Below are positions 1 to 14,052 of a DNA stretch of 64,000 bases, piece by piece. The stretch spans positions 10,232,001 to 10,296,000 of the forward strand of contig CM075993.1 of assembly GCA_038087875.1 (NCBI GenBank). Reading direction: 5' to 3'. Each line of letters starts with the position of its first letter. The first letter of the stretch is position 1. Under the pieces are notes generated by a model that saw nothing but the letters and a program-made list of their open reading frames with translations, was not told where the DNA came from and did not search any database. The DNA comes from Malacoraja senta (Eukaryota). The position numbers and the translations under genes are program-made.

Positions 1-237
<237 letters not shown>

Positions 238-537
238 TAGTTTAGTGTAGAGATACAGCGCGGAAACATGCCCTTTGACCCACCGAGTCTGTGCCGACCA
301 GCGATCCCCACACACTAACACTATCCTACACACACTAGGGACCATTTACATTTACACCAAGCCAATTAACTGACAGACCTGTATGTCTGGAGTGTGGGAG
401 TGTGGGAGTAATGTTTTACCCGGATAAAAACCCACGTAGGTCACGTGCAAACTCCATAGACAGCACCCGTAATCAGGATCGAACCCGGGTCTCTGGTGCT
501 GTAAGGCAGCAACTCTACCGCTGCGCCACTGTGCCAC
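238..537 (-). mobile_element. HE1-like tRNA-derived V-SINE (representative copy)
   Basis: A/B-box tRNA head (ggcacagtggcgcagcggtagagttgctgcc...ggttcgatcc) and CR1-like tail ending (ctaaa)n. Further copies at approx. 1535-2168(+), 3218-3510(+), 7203-7500(+), 8131-8411(-), 8611-8822(+), 12980-13096(-), 16840-17127(-), 22312-22700(-), 23765-24006(-), 25325-25600(-), 37826-38113(-), 39208-39507(+), 39775-39990(-), 44075-44680(-), 45945-46215(+), 46335-47395(-). Confidence 0.85.
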
Positions 538-1550
538 CCACCAAGGTGCTATTGTAAATATAAGCTATGTTTACTCTCTAAGCCGCTGTAAGTTTACTCC
601 CTAAGCCACTCCAAATATCATATATTTACTTTCTTACCACACAGAAGGAGGCCATTCAACCCATCGGGTCTATGCTAGCTCGCAGGGCACACTCATTAGT
701 CCCATTCCCAGCTGAATGTTGTTCGAAGCTCAGGGCAAAACAAGTACGTATTCTGGATAGTGCTGCACTAGGGGAGGTGGCCCAGGGATAAAGTGTTAGA
801 TTGAGACTTCATCTGACTGTATATAAAGAACACGCACGTCTGAAGAAGGGTCTCGACCCAAAACGTCACCCATTCCTTCTCTCCGGAGATGCTGCCTGTC
901 CCGCTGAGTTACTCCAGCATTTTATGCTTCCCCAGACACTCAGCTTCCCCTCCACATCCCACAGATACACTGGGTGGTTGTTTCACTGGCCACTGTTATT
1001 ACTTCCCGTGGCAGTGGCCAGAGGGAGATTGGGTGCTCTTTTTCTGGTCACAGGGAAATGTGGGGGAATAGCAGAGATGGGAGTGCTCTGAGAGCTAGCA
1101 TAGACCAAGTGGGCTGAATGGCCTACTACATCGTAAGGAAATATGAAATAATACCATTGGAACATAGAACAGTAGAGCAGAGGGGACAGGCTCTCCGGTC
1201 TACAATGTCCATGCCTAACATGATGCTAAGACCAACCTTTGATGGCCTGCACATAATCCATCATCTTCCATTCATTACAAATCCATGTGCTTACCCAAAA
1301 GTCTCCTTAATGCCAGTGTAGTATCAGTTTCCACCACGACCTCCGGCAGCACAATCCAGACACTCTGTAAAAAATTAAACTTACCCCGTACATCACCTTT
1401 CAACTTTGCCCCTTTAGTGTTTGATATTTCAATCCTTGAAGGTTCTGTCTACCGTATCTATGCTTCTCATAATTTACTGTCTCGGGTCTCCGCTCATCCA
1501 TTCTAGAGAAAACAATCCAAGTCTATCTAATAGTCACGGTGGCGCAGCGG

Positions 1551-1893
1551 TAATAATAATAATAATGGATGGGATTTCTATAGCGCCTTTCTAATACTCA
1601 AGGCGCTTTACATCGCATTATTCATTCACTCCTCAGTCACACTCGGTGGTGGTGAGCTACTTCTGTAGCCACAGCTGCCCTGGGGCAGACTGACGGAAGC
1701 GTGGCTGCTAATCTGCGCCTACGGCCCCTCCGACCACCACCAATCACTCACACACATTCACACACATTCACACGCAGGCAAAGGTGGGTGAAGTGTCTTG
1801 CCCAAGGACACAACGACAGTATGCACTCCAAGCGGGATTCGAACCGGCTACCTTCCGGTTGCCAGCCGAACACTTAGCCCATTGCGCCATCTG
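1551..1893 (-). mobile_element. Young AFC-like tRNA-SINE with L2-type tail and (ATT)n end, inserted into an HE1 SINE
   Basis: tRNA head (ggttcgaatccc), gtgtccttgggcaagacactt core, tgtaaagcgccttgag...aaaggcgctata stem-loop tail; host HE1 is split between ggcgcagcgg and tgccttacagc. Confidence 0.8.
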
Positions 1894-2594
1894 CCTTACA
1901 GCGAGTGCAGCGCCGGAGACCCGGGTTCGGTCCTGACTCTGGGTGCTGTCTGTATGGAGTTTGTACGTTCTCCCCGTGACCTGTGTGGGTTTTTATCCGA
2001 GGTCTTCCTCCCACACTCCAAAGATGTACAGGTTTGTAGGTTAATTGGCTTGGTAAATGTAAAAATTGTCCCTAGTGGGTGTAGGATGGCGTTGATGTGC
2101 GGGGATCGCTGGTCGGCGCGGACCCGATGGGCCGAAGGGCCTGTTTCCGCGCTGTATCTCTAAACTAATCTCTCCCTGTAGCTGATGGCCTTTAATCCAG
2201 GCAGCATTCTGGTAAACCTCCACTACGTTCTTTCAACGCCTCCACATCCTTCCCGCAATGGGCCAACCATTGATGAAAGTATGTACTCGATTTTGTTTAG
2301 AAAATGTCTCTAAGGTTCTTTATTATCAGTTGCATGAAAGCAGAATTAAAGAGGTAAATGTACTATAATCCCACTCGTGGTCCTGCCGTACACAATACAG
2401 GTGACTTTACTCTTCAGTATAATAATAATATTACATTTTATTTATATAGAGCTTTTCAGGACTCAAAGTTGTTGATAATTGCTGGGACTCTATATAGTGG
2501 ACATTCCTGCCGAACGTCAACACTTCCTCAAGCTGAGGGTTTGTGATTAAATTGCGTTTTGTCCTTGCAGCTCAGTTTACCATTCATCTTCTAA

Positions 2595-2819
<225 letters not shown>

Positions 2820-3085
2820 TGACGTTAAATAGAACGGTATATCAGAAAATGCATTGTGTAGGAAGGAACTGCAGATGCTGGTTTAAATCGAAGATAGACA
2901 CAAAAAGCTGGGGGTAACTCAGCGGGACAGGCAGCGTCTCTGGAGAGAAGGGATGGGTGACGTTTCGGGTGGAGACCCTTCTTCAGACTCCAGTCTTGAC
3001 CCGAACGTCTTCCATCAGTCTCAAATATAATGGCTGTAGTATGTGATACCATTTATATTGCTTCATATTTTTGTCTACATTCCAG

Positions 3086-3134
3086 CTCCAGAAATTGTGA
3101 ATTATGAACCTCTCGGGCTGCCAGCAGATATGTG
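3086..3134 (+). CDS. DAPK2: DAPK2 49-nt exon: (A)PEIVNYEPLGLPADM(W)
   Basis: Acceptor ttccag, donor gtgagt; APE motif completed across the junction; phase 1/2. Confidence 0.95.
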
Positions 3135-4643
3135 GTGAGTGTCGACCGCTAAAGGTGAAGGGGAATGCCTTTAACTTCCAACTCTGGTTGAGAAACTTAA
3201 AACATCCTTAGCATTTGGGGCGGCACGGTGGCGCAGCGGTAGAGTTGCTGCCTCACAGCGCCAGAGACCTGGGTTCGATCCTGACTACGGGTGCTGTCTG
3301 TACGGAGTTTGTACGTTCTCCCGTGACCTGCGTGGGTTTTCCCCGGGTGCTTCAGTTTTCTCCCACACTCCAAAGACGTAGGTTAATTGGCTTTGTTAAA
3401 GGTGGTAAATTGTCCCTAGTGTGCAGGATAGTGCTAGTGTACGGGGATTGGTGGATGGCGTGGCTCGCTGGGCCAAAGTGCCTGTTTCTGCGCTGTATCT
3501 CTAAACTAAACATTACTATTTAAGGATATGGAACATCGATGATCCACAACACTCCCCACTGTTTATCACTGACAGGGGCAGGGAGAGGACTTGAACAGTG
3601 GCCAGTGATAGTTAGATTTTTTTACAGGTCCTGGGTTTAAAACACAAGGTTGAACGTTTTATTAATTTATTTGGAGTTTAAAGTGAATACACTGTCGCTC
3701 ATCTGATGTTAGTGTGTTGAAATCTCAAGAGTACTCTTAATGCTGAGAAGGCTGTGGAGGCCAAGTCATTGGATATTTTTACATAGAAACAGAAAATAGG
3801 TGCAGGAGGAGGCCATTCGGCCCTTCGAGCCAGCACCGCCATTCATTGTGATCATGGCTGATCGTCCCCAATCAATAACCCGTGCCTGCCTTCTCCCCAT
3901 ATCTCTTGACTCCACTATCCACTAGAGCTCTAACTCAAACTTACGGCAGAGATAGATGGATTCTTGATTAGTGCGGGTGTCAGAGGTTATGGGGAGAAGG
4001 CAGGAGAATGGGGTTGGGAGGGAGAGATAGATCAGCCATGATTGAATGATGGAGTAGACTAGATGGGCCAAATTGCCTAATTCTGCTCCTATCACTTGTG
4101 GCATGGACTTTGTGGGCCGAAGGGCCTTCTCCTGTGCTGAACTGCTTTGTGGCCTATGTCAACCGACACATCCTTCGGAAGTGGGAGGAACCAGTGAAAG
4201 CTCACGCAGTCACACGGGGAGAGAGAGCATGCGAATTCCACAGACACAGGAAATTACTATGTGTGGGTTAAGAACTGCAGATGCTGGTTTAAATCGAAGG
4301 TAGACACAAAATGCTGGAGTAACTCAGCGGGACAGGCAGCGCCTCTGGAGAGAAGGAATGGGTGACGTTTCGGGTCTCGACCCGAAACGTCACCCATTCC
4401 TTCTCTCCAGAGGTGCTGCCTGTCCCGCTGAGTTACTCCAGCATTTTGTGTCGAGCAGCGGTTACTATCCAAGCCTGGAGGGGTGAGGCAACAGCACTAC
4501 CTGCTGCCGAGCCGCTGTGCCGCAATTAAACTCGTGGAAATGAAATGAACCCAAAGAAATATTATGTGTAATTCTGAAAATAACAAATTGATCAGTCCTT
4601 TCTCTGCTCATCAAATAGTAAGAATGACCTTTGTGTTTTTCAG

Positions 4644-4670
4644 GAGCATAGGTGTGATCACCTACATTCT
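4644..4670 (+). CDS. DAPK2: DAPK2 27-nt micro-exon: (W)SIGVITYI(L)
   Basis: Acceptor tttttcag, donor gtaagt; gives DMWSIGVITYILLSG when spliced; phase 2/2. Confidence 0.93.
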
Positions 4671-5257
4671 GTAAGTATTTTTTTGATTATATTTTTTGAA
4701 ATGCAGCTGGTGTCAGATCCTCACCTCGATCCAAATATAATAAACACTCTTCAAGGACGCTGAACATAAACGCTTTGTTTTATTCTGCCATTCCTTTACA
4801 TCCTGGCAACATGTCCAAAATTCCCACATCAAAACCACATATCAGAATCTTATAGAGGTGTATAAAATCTTGAGAGGAATAGATCGGGTAGATGCACAGA
4901 ATCTCTTTGCCCAGAGTAGGGGAATCGAGGACCAGAGGACATAGGTTCAAGGTGAAGGGGAAAAGATTTAATAGGAATCTGAGGGGTAAACCTTTTCACA
5001 CAAAGGGCGGTGGGTGTTTGGAACAAACTGCTAGAGGAGGTAGTTGACTGGGACTATCCCATCTTTAAGAACCAGTTAGACAGGTACATGGATAGGACAA
5101 GTTTGGAGGGATATGGACCAAACGCAGGCAGGTGGGACTAGTGCAGCTGGGACATGTTGAACGATGAGGGCAAGTTGGGCCGAAGGACCTGTTTACACAC
5201 TCTATGACTCTATAAATTATATATGTTTATGACATTGGGATCAAGGCGAGGATGTGA

Positions 5258-5476
<219 letters not shown>

Positions 5477-8400
5477 TGAGGACTGGCATTTGGTTAATGT
5501 GTGATTCATTCCTCTGTGCAGCCAACATCGACACACACAATCACTCAGCCGAGGTGTTTCATCAATTCATAAGGGATGGGAGCAGAATGAGACCATTTGG
5601 CCCATCAAGTCTACTCCGCCATTCAATCATGTCAGATCTATCTCTCCCTTCTAACCCCATTCTCCTGCCTTCTCCCCATAACCTCATACACCCATCTAAT
5701 CAAGAATCTATCTATCTCTGCCTTAAAAATATCCATTGACTTGGCCTCCATGGCCATCTGTGGCAATTAATTCCACAGATTCACCACTCTCTAACTAAAG
5801 AAATCCTTCCTAATTTCCTTCCTAAAGGACCGTCCTTTAATTAGGAGGCTATGACATCTGGTCCTAGACTCTCCCACTAGTGGAAACATCCACTCCATCC
5901 CGATCTTGCCTATTCTTTGTGGTTAAAGAATGTACCTAAATGGAAAGATAATTGCAGAAATTCTAATAAACTAATGATGGCACTTTTGTTTTTGGTCCAA
6001 TAATTAAAAGGTACATTGTGATGAGTTTATTTTTATCTCCTACCTTATTGGTAAATGTAACGAATGTTAACTGGGATAAGACCATAAACACAGGAGCAGT
6101 ATTGAGCCATTTGGCCCATTGCACCATTTGATCATGGCTGATGAATTTTTCCTACTCAACCCCATTCTCCTGCCTTTACCCCGTAGCCCTTGATGCCCTT
6201 ATTAATCAAGAAGTTATTAATCACCGCTTTAAACATTCCCAATGACTTGGCCTCCACAGCCATCTGTGGCAATGAATTCCACAGATTCACCACCCTCTGG
6301 CTAAATAAATTGCAGCTCATCTCCATTCTAAAGGTACGTCCTTTTATTCTGAGGCTGTGCCCTCAGGTTCTAGACTCTCCAACTACTGGAAACATCCTTT
6401 CCACGTCCATTGTATCCAGGCCTTATTAGGCCTCACCTTTACTGCAACAGGATTAGACATGGCGGAATGTCCTGGGCAGGAATGTTGAATCTCCCACTAT
6501 AGGAGGAGCAGTGCCAGACCTAATCCTGCGGAACCAAGCTGGGCAAGTGTCAGGTCGCGAGCACTTTGTGGTGGCGACCATGACTTGGTGTTTCAAGGTA
6601 TCTAGGGGAAGGCGTAGGATGTCTGGAAATTGGGGAAAGGCTGATATCGTCATGATTAGACGGGACTTGGCAAACTTAGAGTGGGAACAGCTAGTTTAGT
6701 TTTGTTTCTTATTGTCATGTGTACGGAGGTACAGTGAAAAGCTTTAGTTTCTGTGCTGTCCTTACACGCTTGGGGCAATTTACAGAGACCAATTAAACTG
6801 CAAACCTACACGTCTTTGGATGTGGGAGGAAACCTACAGTCACAGGGATAATGTCCAAACTCCACACAGACAGCACCTGAGGTTAGGATCGATCCTGGGT
6901 CACTGGCGCTGTGAGGCAGCAGCTTTACCCACTGCACCACTGTAACACGTTGATTGCTAAGTGAGTGAGTATACTGCTGCCTGGTGCAGGCCTACTAAGA
7001 AGGGATTAGTGCAGATATCTTGCATGCCAGGGATTATCCTGACTCTACAGCTTGTTGGTCTACAGAGACAAGCAGGCAACTGGATGCCAGGGTTAGAGCT
7101 TTATGTACGGGCACGTGCACGGAGCCGGGTTTATGTCTGTCTCGTGTCTCGCTTCTCGCCACCGCAACTGTTGGTACTTTCTCAGTTTGGTTCCTCAGTC
7201 AGTGGCACGGTGGCGCAGCGGTAGAGTTACTGCCACACGGCGCCAGAAACCCGGGTTCCATCCTGACTACGGGCGCTGTCTGTACGGAGTTTGTACGTTC
7301 TCCCCGTGACCTGCGTGGGTTTTTTTTCCGGGATCTCCGGTTTCCTCCCACACGCCAAAGACGTGCAGCTTTGTAGATTATTTGATTTGGTAAAATTGTG
7401 AACAAATTGTCCCGTGTGTGTGTGTGTAGGATAGTGTTAGTGTGCATCGTCGCGGACTCAGTTGGCCGAAGGGCCTGTTTCTGCGCTGTATCTTTGATCT
7501 AAACGATACTAAAGTGAAACATTGGCGAGGGCAGGAGGTGTGAGAATACTCCTCACCCACAACTAACTCTACATGTTACGATCAGAGAGCGTGTTAGTGA
7601 GGAACAGGAGCAGGCAGATTCTGACACTGGCTTCCTCCTTCTACTCGTGGTGTCGACAGTTTGAAGCAATCGCTTCCATGCTGTTGTTCAGTGATTGGGT
7701 GTGATACGGGCAAGTTTGGACCCGTTTAAACATACTTTATGTACCTGTCCTAGAATGAGCTGAGGATCTCTGTTTCACTATTAGAACGTGAGCTGAGATT
7801 GTTGAAGTTAGCAGCGGTCATGACCCTCTTCTCAGGACCCACACACACGCACACAGGCAGAAGCTTCACCACATACAGTAGAATCAGAAAATAGGTGCAG
7901 GAGTAGGCCATTCAGCCCTTCAAGCCAGCACCGCCATTCAATATAATCATGGCTGATCATCCTGCCTGCTCCCCATATCCCTTGATTCCGTTAGCCCAAA
8001 GAGCAAAATCCAACTCTCTCTTGAACACATCCAGTGAATTGGCCTCCACTGCCTTTTGTGGCAGAGAATTCCACAGATTCACAACTCACTGGGTGAAAAA
8101 GTTTTTCCTCATCTCAGTCCTAAATTTTATTTTAGAGATACACCGAGTCTGTGCCGACCAGCGATCCCCGCGCATTAACACTATCCCACACACACCAGTG
8201 ACAATCTTTTACACATACATCAAGCAATTAACCTACAAACCTGCACATCTTTGGAGTGTGGGAGGAAAGTGAAGATCTCGGAGAAAACTCACGCTGTCAC
8301 GGGGAGAACGTACAAACTCCATACAGACAGCACCCGTAGTCGGGATCGAACCCGGGTCTCCGGCGCTGCAAGCGCTGTAAGGCAGCAACTCTACCGCTGA

Positions 8401-8841
8401 GCCACCGTGGCCTACCCCTTATTCGTAAACTGTGACCCCTGGTTCTGGACTCCCCCAACATGGGGAACATTTTTCCTGCATCTAGCTTGTCGAATCCCTT
8501 AATAATTTTATATGTTTCTATAAGATCCCCTCTTATATGTCACTGAATTAGACAAATGGAGGGAGCAGGATGAAGACGTTAACGGATCTACTTGGTCTGT
8601 AGGGTTGAGTGTGGCACGGTGGCGCAGCGGTAGAGTTGCTGCCTTACAGCAGCAGAGACCCTAGTCCAAACCTGCCTACGGGTGCTGTCTGCATGGAATT
8701 TGTACGTTCTCCCTGTGACCGCGTGGGTTTTCTCCAGTATCCCCGGTTTCCTCCCACATTCCAAAGACGTGTAGGTTTGTAGATTAATTGGCTTCTGTAA
8801 ATTATAAATTGTCCCTAGTGTGATTCTGCTGTTGTATCTGT

Positions 8842-9610
8842 GGGATCTGGGAGTCCTTGTTCATCAGAATGAAAGTAAGCATGCTGTTGTATCTGTGGGA
8901 TCTGGGAGTCCTTGTTCATCAGAATGAAAGTAAGCATGCAGGTACAGCAGGCAGTGAAGAAAGCGAATGGCATGTTGGCCTTTATAACAACAGGAGTTAA
9001 GTATAGGAGCAAATAGGTCCTTCTGCAGTTGTATAGGGCTCAAGTGAGACCACACCTGGAGTATTGTGTGCAGTTTTGGTCCCCTAATTTGAGGAAGAAC
9101 ATTCTTGCTATTGAGGGAGTGCAGCGTAGGTTTACAAGGTTAATTCCCGGGATGGCGGGACTGTCATATGCTGAGAGAATGGAGCGGCTCAGCTTGTATA
9201 CTCTTGAGTTTAGAAGGATGAGAGGGAATCTTATTGAAACATATAAGATTATTAAGGGTTTGGACACGCTAGAGGCAGGAAACATGTTCCCGATGTTGGG
9301 GGAGTCCAGAACCAGGGGCCACAGTTTCAGAATAAGGGGTAAGCCATTTAGAACGGAGACGAGGAAACACTTTTTCTCACAGAGAGTTGTGAGTCTGTGG
9401 AATTCTCTGCCTCAGAGGGCGGTGGAGGCCGGTTCTCTGGATACTTTCAAGAGAGAGCTAGATAGGGCTCTTAAAAATAGTCAGGGGATCTGGGGAGAAG
9501 GCAGGAACGGGGTACTGATTGGGGATGATCAGCCATGATCACATTGAATGGCGGTGCTGGCTCGAAGGGCCGAATGGCCTACTCCTGCACCTATTGTCTA
9601 TTGTCTATTA
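8842..9610 (+). mobile_element. CR1/HER1-like LINE 3' fragment
   Basis: ORF 9029-9538 with VRPHLEYCVQFWSP...RTRGHS...FFSQRVV; tail (ctattgt)n. A 55-bp tandem duplication (8827-8936) sits at its 5' junction. Confidence 0.85.
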
Positions 9611-10701
9611 CATCTCTGGCCCTTCCCCATCACTGTGTCCAAACCCCCTACTCAACAACATTATGGGAGCATATTTACCAGAACAACTGCAGTTTCTCAA
9701 GTGTGTCGCTCATTGTTACCTTCTCAAGATCAATTCACAACGGGCGATCAATATTTGTTCCTCGAAGATGTGCACATCCCATAAATGAAGAAAACAAACA
9801 TATAATATCTGTAGGAAAGAACTGCAGATGCTGGTTTCAATCGGAGATAGACACAAAAAGCTGGAGTAAGCGGGGCAGGCAGCATCTCCGGAGAGAAGGA
9901 ATGGGTGACGTTTCGGGTCCAGACCTTTCTTCAGATAATATCTCCTCCCACCAAAATCCAGCTCCCCTGCTGCGAAGAAAGAGGCAGCTTTCACGATTGT
10001 CGGCATTACTGGTGATCTTTCAAGAATCACCGGAGTCTGGAATGGTCCCAGAGGACTGGAAAATTACACATGTTACTCCCTTGTTCAGGAAGAGAGCGAA
10101 GCAAAAGAGGGGAAACTATAGGCCGGTTAGCCTGACTTCATTGGTTGGTAAGATTTTAGAGTCCATTATTAAGGATGAGGTTTCCAAGCACTCAGAAGCA
10201 CGTGATCAAATAGGCCAAAGTCAGCATGGTTTTGTGAAGGGAAGATCTTGCCTGACAAATCTGTTGGAATTCTTTGAGGAAGAAGTCAATAACAGGATAG
10301 ATAAGGCAGGACAGGTAAGGCGGGAGAATGGGGTTGAGAGGGAAAGATCGATCAGCCACGAATTGTCTATTGATCATCAAAGCCATTGAGTAGTCTGAAG
10401 AAGGGTTTCGGCCCGAAACGTTGCCTATTTCCTTCGCTCCATAGATGCTGCTGCACCCGCTGAGTTTCTCCAGCATTCATGTGTACCATTGAGTAGCTGA
10501 TGGGCTGAATAGCCTAATTCTGTTCCTGTTTGTGCGCAAGTCCCAAATTTCCTTCTCATGACAAGACGACATCTTAGTCTAACAGTATTTTTTATTGTCA
10601 TGTCACTTTATTTGGAAGTAAGTCTTATTTCATTTGAAACCTGATTTAATTAGCAGGTACATTTTTTGACCCAATTCTGAACACTATTTGGTTTTATTTA
10701 G

Positions 10702-10747
10702 GAAAAGGCTAAACATAAAAGATGCTCTTTCACACCCGTGGATAATG
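10702..10747 (+). CDS. DAPK2: DAPK2 last kinase exon: (R)KRLNIKDALSHPWIM
   Basis: Acceptor ttttatttag, donor gtaagt; HPWI end-of-kinase motif; phase 2/0. This is the shared donor for both C-terminal options. Confidence 0.93.
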
Positions 10748-11404
10748 GTAAGTCTTAACACTAACACCATTTCTTATGATGTGTGTGTCATTGTTATCTG
10801 ACTATGTATTAACATGCATGTTTTGAAAAAAGTGCAGTGATTTTAATTTTGTGATTCTGCATGAACCACTGGAAACTTGACTCACTGAATTGTTCTTTAA
10901 ATTGAAGGTGATTTTTATACAATGGCCTTTTTGTATTTCACGTATTGTCCTGTTCTAACCCGTATTCAAGCTTTCCAAGGTTTTCCAAACATCCCAAAGG
11001 TTTTCCAAACCATATTCAAGTTTCGGTGATAGAATTCAAGTTGATATTCACAACAATTGATTGCATTGTAACACAACATTGGGCAAGTTGCCATATGCGA
11101 CAAGAGTGGCAATGCATGGCTGATTCTGCAGCAAGGTTCAGCAGACCCTTCCTCGAGACAGGATTCATTCATGTTGAATGCTCCTGGCAGTCAGAGGATT
11201 GGGGAAGGAGGCAGCACAGTAGCACCATTGACATTTGCGACAAGTACATGGAGCTTGTCGCAAATGTACTTGGAGCAGTTCAGTGGGGGCATCAACCCAT
11301 GTAGTTGCGGTGCTATTCAGAGGCACCGTCCTGCTGCTGTGCCTTGCAGCACCCTGTGAATGAACCCCACCAGTGCTATCTAAGTGGACCATCTACTAGA
11401 GTGG

Positions 11405-12140
11405 TAGAGTGATACAACGTGGAAACAGGCCCCTCAGCCCAACTTGTCCACACCAGCCAACATGTCCCATCTACTAGAGTGATACAATGTGGAAACAGGC
11501 CCCTCAGCCCAACTCGCCCACACCGGCCAACATGACCCATCTACACTAGTCATAGAGTGATCCAGTGTGGGACAGACCCTTCAGCCCAACTTGCCCACAC
11601 CAACCAACATGTCCCAGCTACACTAGTCCCACCTGCCTGCATTTGGTTCATATCCCTCCAAACGTGTCCTATCCATGTACCTGTCTAACTGTTTCTTAAA
11701 CGATGGGATAGTTCCAGCCTCAACTACCTCCTCTGGCAGCTTGTTCCATACACCCACCACCTTTGTGTGAAAAAGTTACCCCTCAGATTCCTATTAAATC
11801 TTTTCCCCTTCACCTTAAACCTTTGTCCACTCGTCCTCGATTCCCCTACTCTGGGCAAGAGACTCTGTGCATCTACCCGATCTATTCTTCTCATGATTTT
11901 ATACACCTCTATAAGATCACCCCTCATCCTCCTGCGCTCCAAGGAATAGAGACCCAGTCTCCCTATAGCTCACACCCTCTAGTCCTGGCAACATCCTCGT
12001 AAATATTTCCTGAACCCTTTCAAGCTTGACATTATCTTTCCCATAACATGGTGCCCAGAACTGAACACAATACTCTAAATGTGGTCTCACCAACGTCTTA
12101 TACAACTGCAACATGACCTCCCGACTTCTATACTCAGTGC
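11405..12140 (-). mobile_element. CR1-like LINE 3' fragment with triplicated 3' tail
   Basis: LYKTLVRPHLEYCVQFW and RMRGDLIEVYKIM segments; three tandem tail copies at ~11407, ~11476 and ~11554. Confidence 0.8.
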
Positions 12141-13410
12141 TGTCTAAGTTGGCAAGAGATTGTGAGTGCTTGCACTTTTCCATAACTGGCTGAAGTTGCG
12201 TGAGTGTGAAATTGGTGAGCAGCAGTTGCCAACATGCTCTGCAGAACCTAGACACGAGGAACTGCAGCTGCTGGGATCTTGAGCAAAAAACATAAAGTGC
12301 TGGAGGAACTCAGCAAGTCAGGCAGCATCTGTGGAGGACATGGATAGGTGATGTTTCAGATCGGAACCCTTCTTCAGACTGACTGTAGTAAGGAGAGTGG
12401 GGAAAAATAACTGGAAGTGGAAAAAAAGCCGGCAGCCGATGACCTCAGGCAGGAGGTTCCCTGATAGAACGATAGTTGTCTAGAAACAGGCATGAGCCCT
12501 AGTCGCCACTACGGACGTCCCGCTGAGTTGACTGCCCAGTGTGGGATACTGCCAGGTCCTGCACCGACTCCAAATTGTAAGCTGATAGGGAAAAGATTTA
12601 AAAGGAATATTAGGAGTAACCTTTTCGCACAAAGGGTTGTAGGTGTATGGAACGAGTTGAGGCAGGAACTATCGCAATGTCTAAGAACCATTTAGACAGG
12701 TACATGGATTGGGCAGGTTTAGAGGGTTATGGGCCAAATGCTGGCAGGTGGGACTAGTGTAGCTGGGGCATGTTGGCCGGTGTGGCTATAGGGCCTGTTT
12801 ACACGCTGTATCACTCTATGTCCGGCAGTAACACAGGGCCCAGGAACAGTTGGCACAGATCACCCAGCATGGTCAGGACTTAGAGCCATACAGCACAGAA
12901 AGAAGCCCTTCGGCCCAACTTGCCCATGCTGACCCCATCTACACTAGTCTCACCTTGCGTGCTTGGAAAGCGAAGATCTCAGAGGAAACCCACACAGGTC
13001 ACGGGGAGAAGGTACAAACTCCGTGCTGACAGCACCCGTGGTCAGGATCGAACCCGGGTCTGTGGCGCTGTAAGACAGCAACTCTACCGCTGCACCTGAT
13101 GAAGTGAACCACTGCATTACATGCTGCCGTTGTTTCAAACTGTAACAAGGAAAATGACTGAAATTCTAATTCATATCACACACGACATACTAATACCACA
13201 GGTGTGCATGCACAGTGAGTAGTAAGTGTGGTTTGAAGTGTGGTGTTGTGTGTCTCTTGCACAGAAGTGTGGAGTGGCGCTAACCACAGTGGCTGCAGAA
13301 TGCTGGAGTCACTCGCGGCACTGCATCCAGATTGTTCCCGCTGTGTGCAGCATCCCCGGCCTCACCTTGCCTCCCAATAACCTTAAACTCTTCCATCTGC
13401 CCCATCGAAG

Positions 13411-14052
13411 ACTCACCAGACGGAGGGACAGAAGAGCAAAGAGAGCAAGAAGCTGGTGCGCAGGCAGCTAAAGACCAAGCGCTTGAAGGAATACACCATT
13501 AAGTCACACTCCAGCATGCCGCCGAATAACACCTACGTCAACTTTGAGAGGTTCGCCAGAGTGGTGGAGGACCTGTGTGTGATGGAGACTTCCTTCAGCA
13601 GTCTCACGTCAGCAAACGATTCCCTCCAGGAAGACATTGATGCCCTCATCTCAATTTACAATGAAAAGGAATCCTGGTACAAGGAGGAAAACGAAAGTGT
13701 CCGGCACGACCTTTCCCAGATAAGGTACGAATATCGCAAGGCTGAGTCCAGGAAGAAGCAGCTCCAAAACGAGATCAAAGGCGTGAACAGCACGCTCAAC
13801 GCAATGGACGGGAAGTATGCTGAACTGAAGGGTCATTTTGAGTCTCTCCAGCAGGAGATCTCGGAGGAACTGAAGTGGGTCCAAGAAGTCATCAGCTCCT
13901 TCCAGGCCGAGCCGACAAGCGACGGCTACATGAGCGCAGGCTTTGCGTCCATCTTCAACAAGGACCTGAATGAAACGCTGAAGGAGCTGCTGAACGGCCC
14001 GTGTGGTGGGGAGCTGATCACTAGTCCGAGTGCCATGCAACTCAGCCGCTAG
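13411..14052 (+). CDS. DAPK2: DAPK2 alternative terminal exon, ZIPK/DAPK3-like extracatalytic coiled-coil/leucine-zipper tail (DRP-1beta-type), ~213 aa
   Basis: RRQLKTKRLKEYTIKSHSSMPPNNTYVNFERF...IYNEKESWYKEE...ELKWVQE matches the DAPK3 C-terminus. In-frame stops at 13378 and 13384 force the acceptor downstream; the first phase-0 AG is AAG at 13408-13410 (alternative CAG at 13417-13419). Stop TAG at 14050-14052. Confidence 0.9.
   Translation, partial: THQTEGQKSKESKKLVRRQLKTKRLKEYTIKSHSSMPPNNTYVNFERFARVVEDLCVMETSFSSLTSANDSLQEDIDALISIYNEKESWYKEENESVRHDLSQIRYEYRKAESRKKQLQNEIKGVNSTLNAMDGKYAELKGHFESLQQEISEELKWVQEVISSFQAEPTSDGYMSAGFASIFNKDLNETLKELLNGPCGGELITSPSAMQLSR

Noticed and set aside
9535..10389. 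284-aa ORF
   Set aside because: Chance read-through across a CR1 tail, unique DNA, an antisense PLE tail and a CR1 RT fragment.
13411..14052. Separate DAPK3 gene or retrocopy
   Set aside because: No kinase exons of its own; it is phase-compatible with the upstream DAPK2-type kinase exons, and DAPK2-specific CaM and RRRSSTS exons follow downstream.
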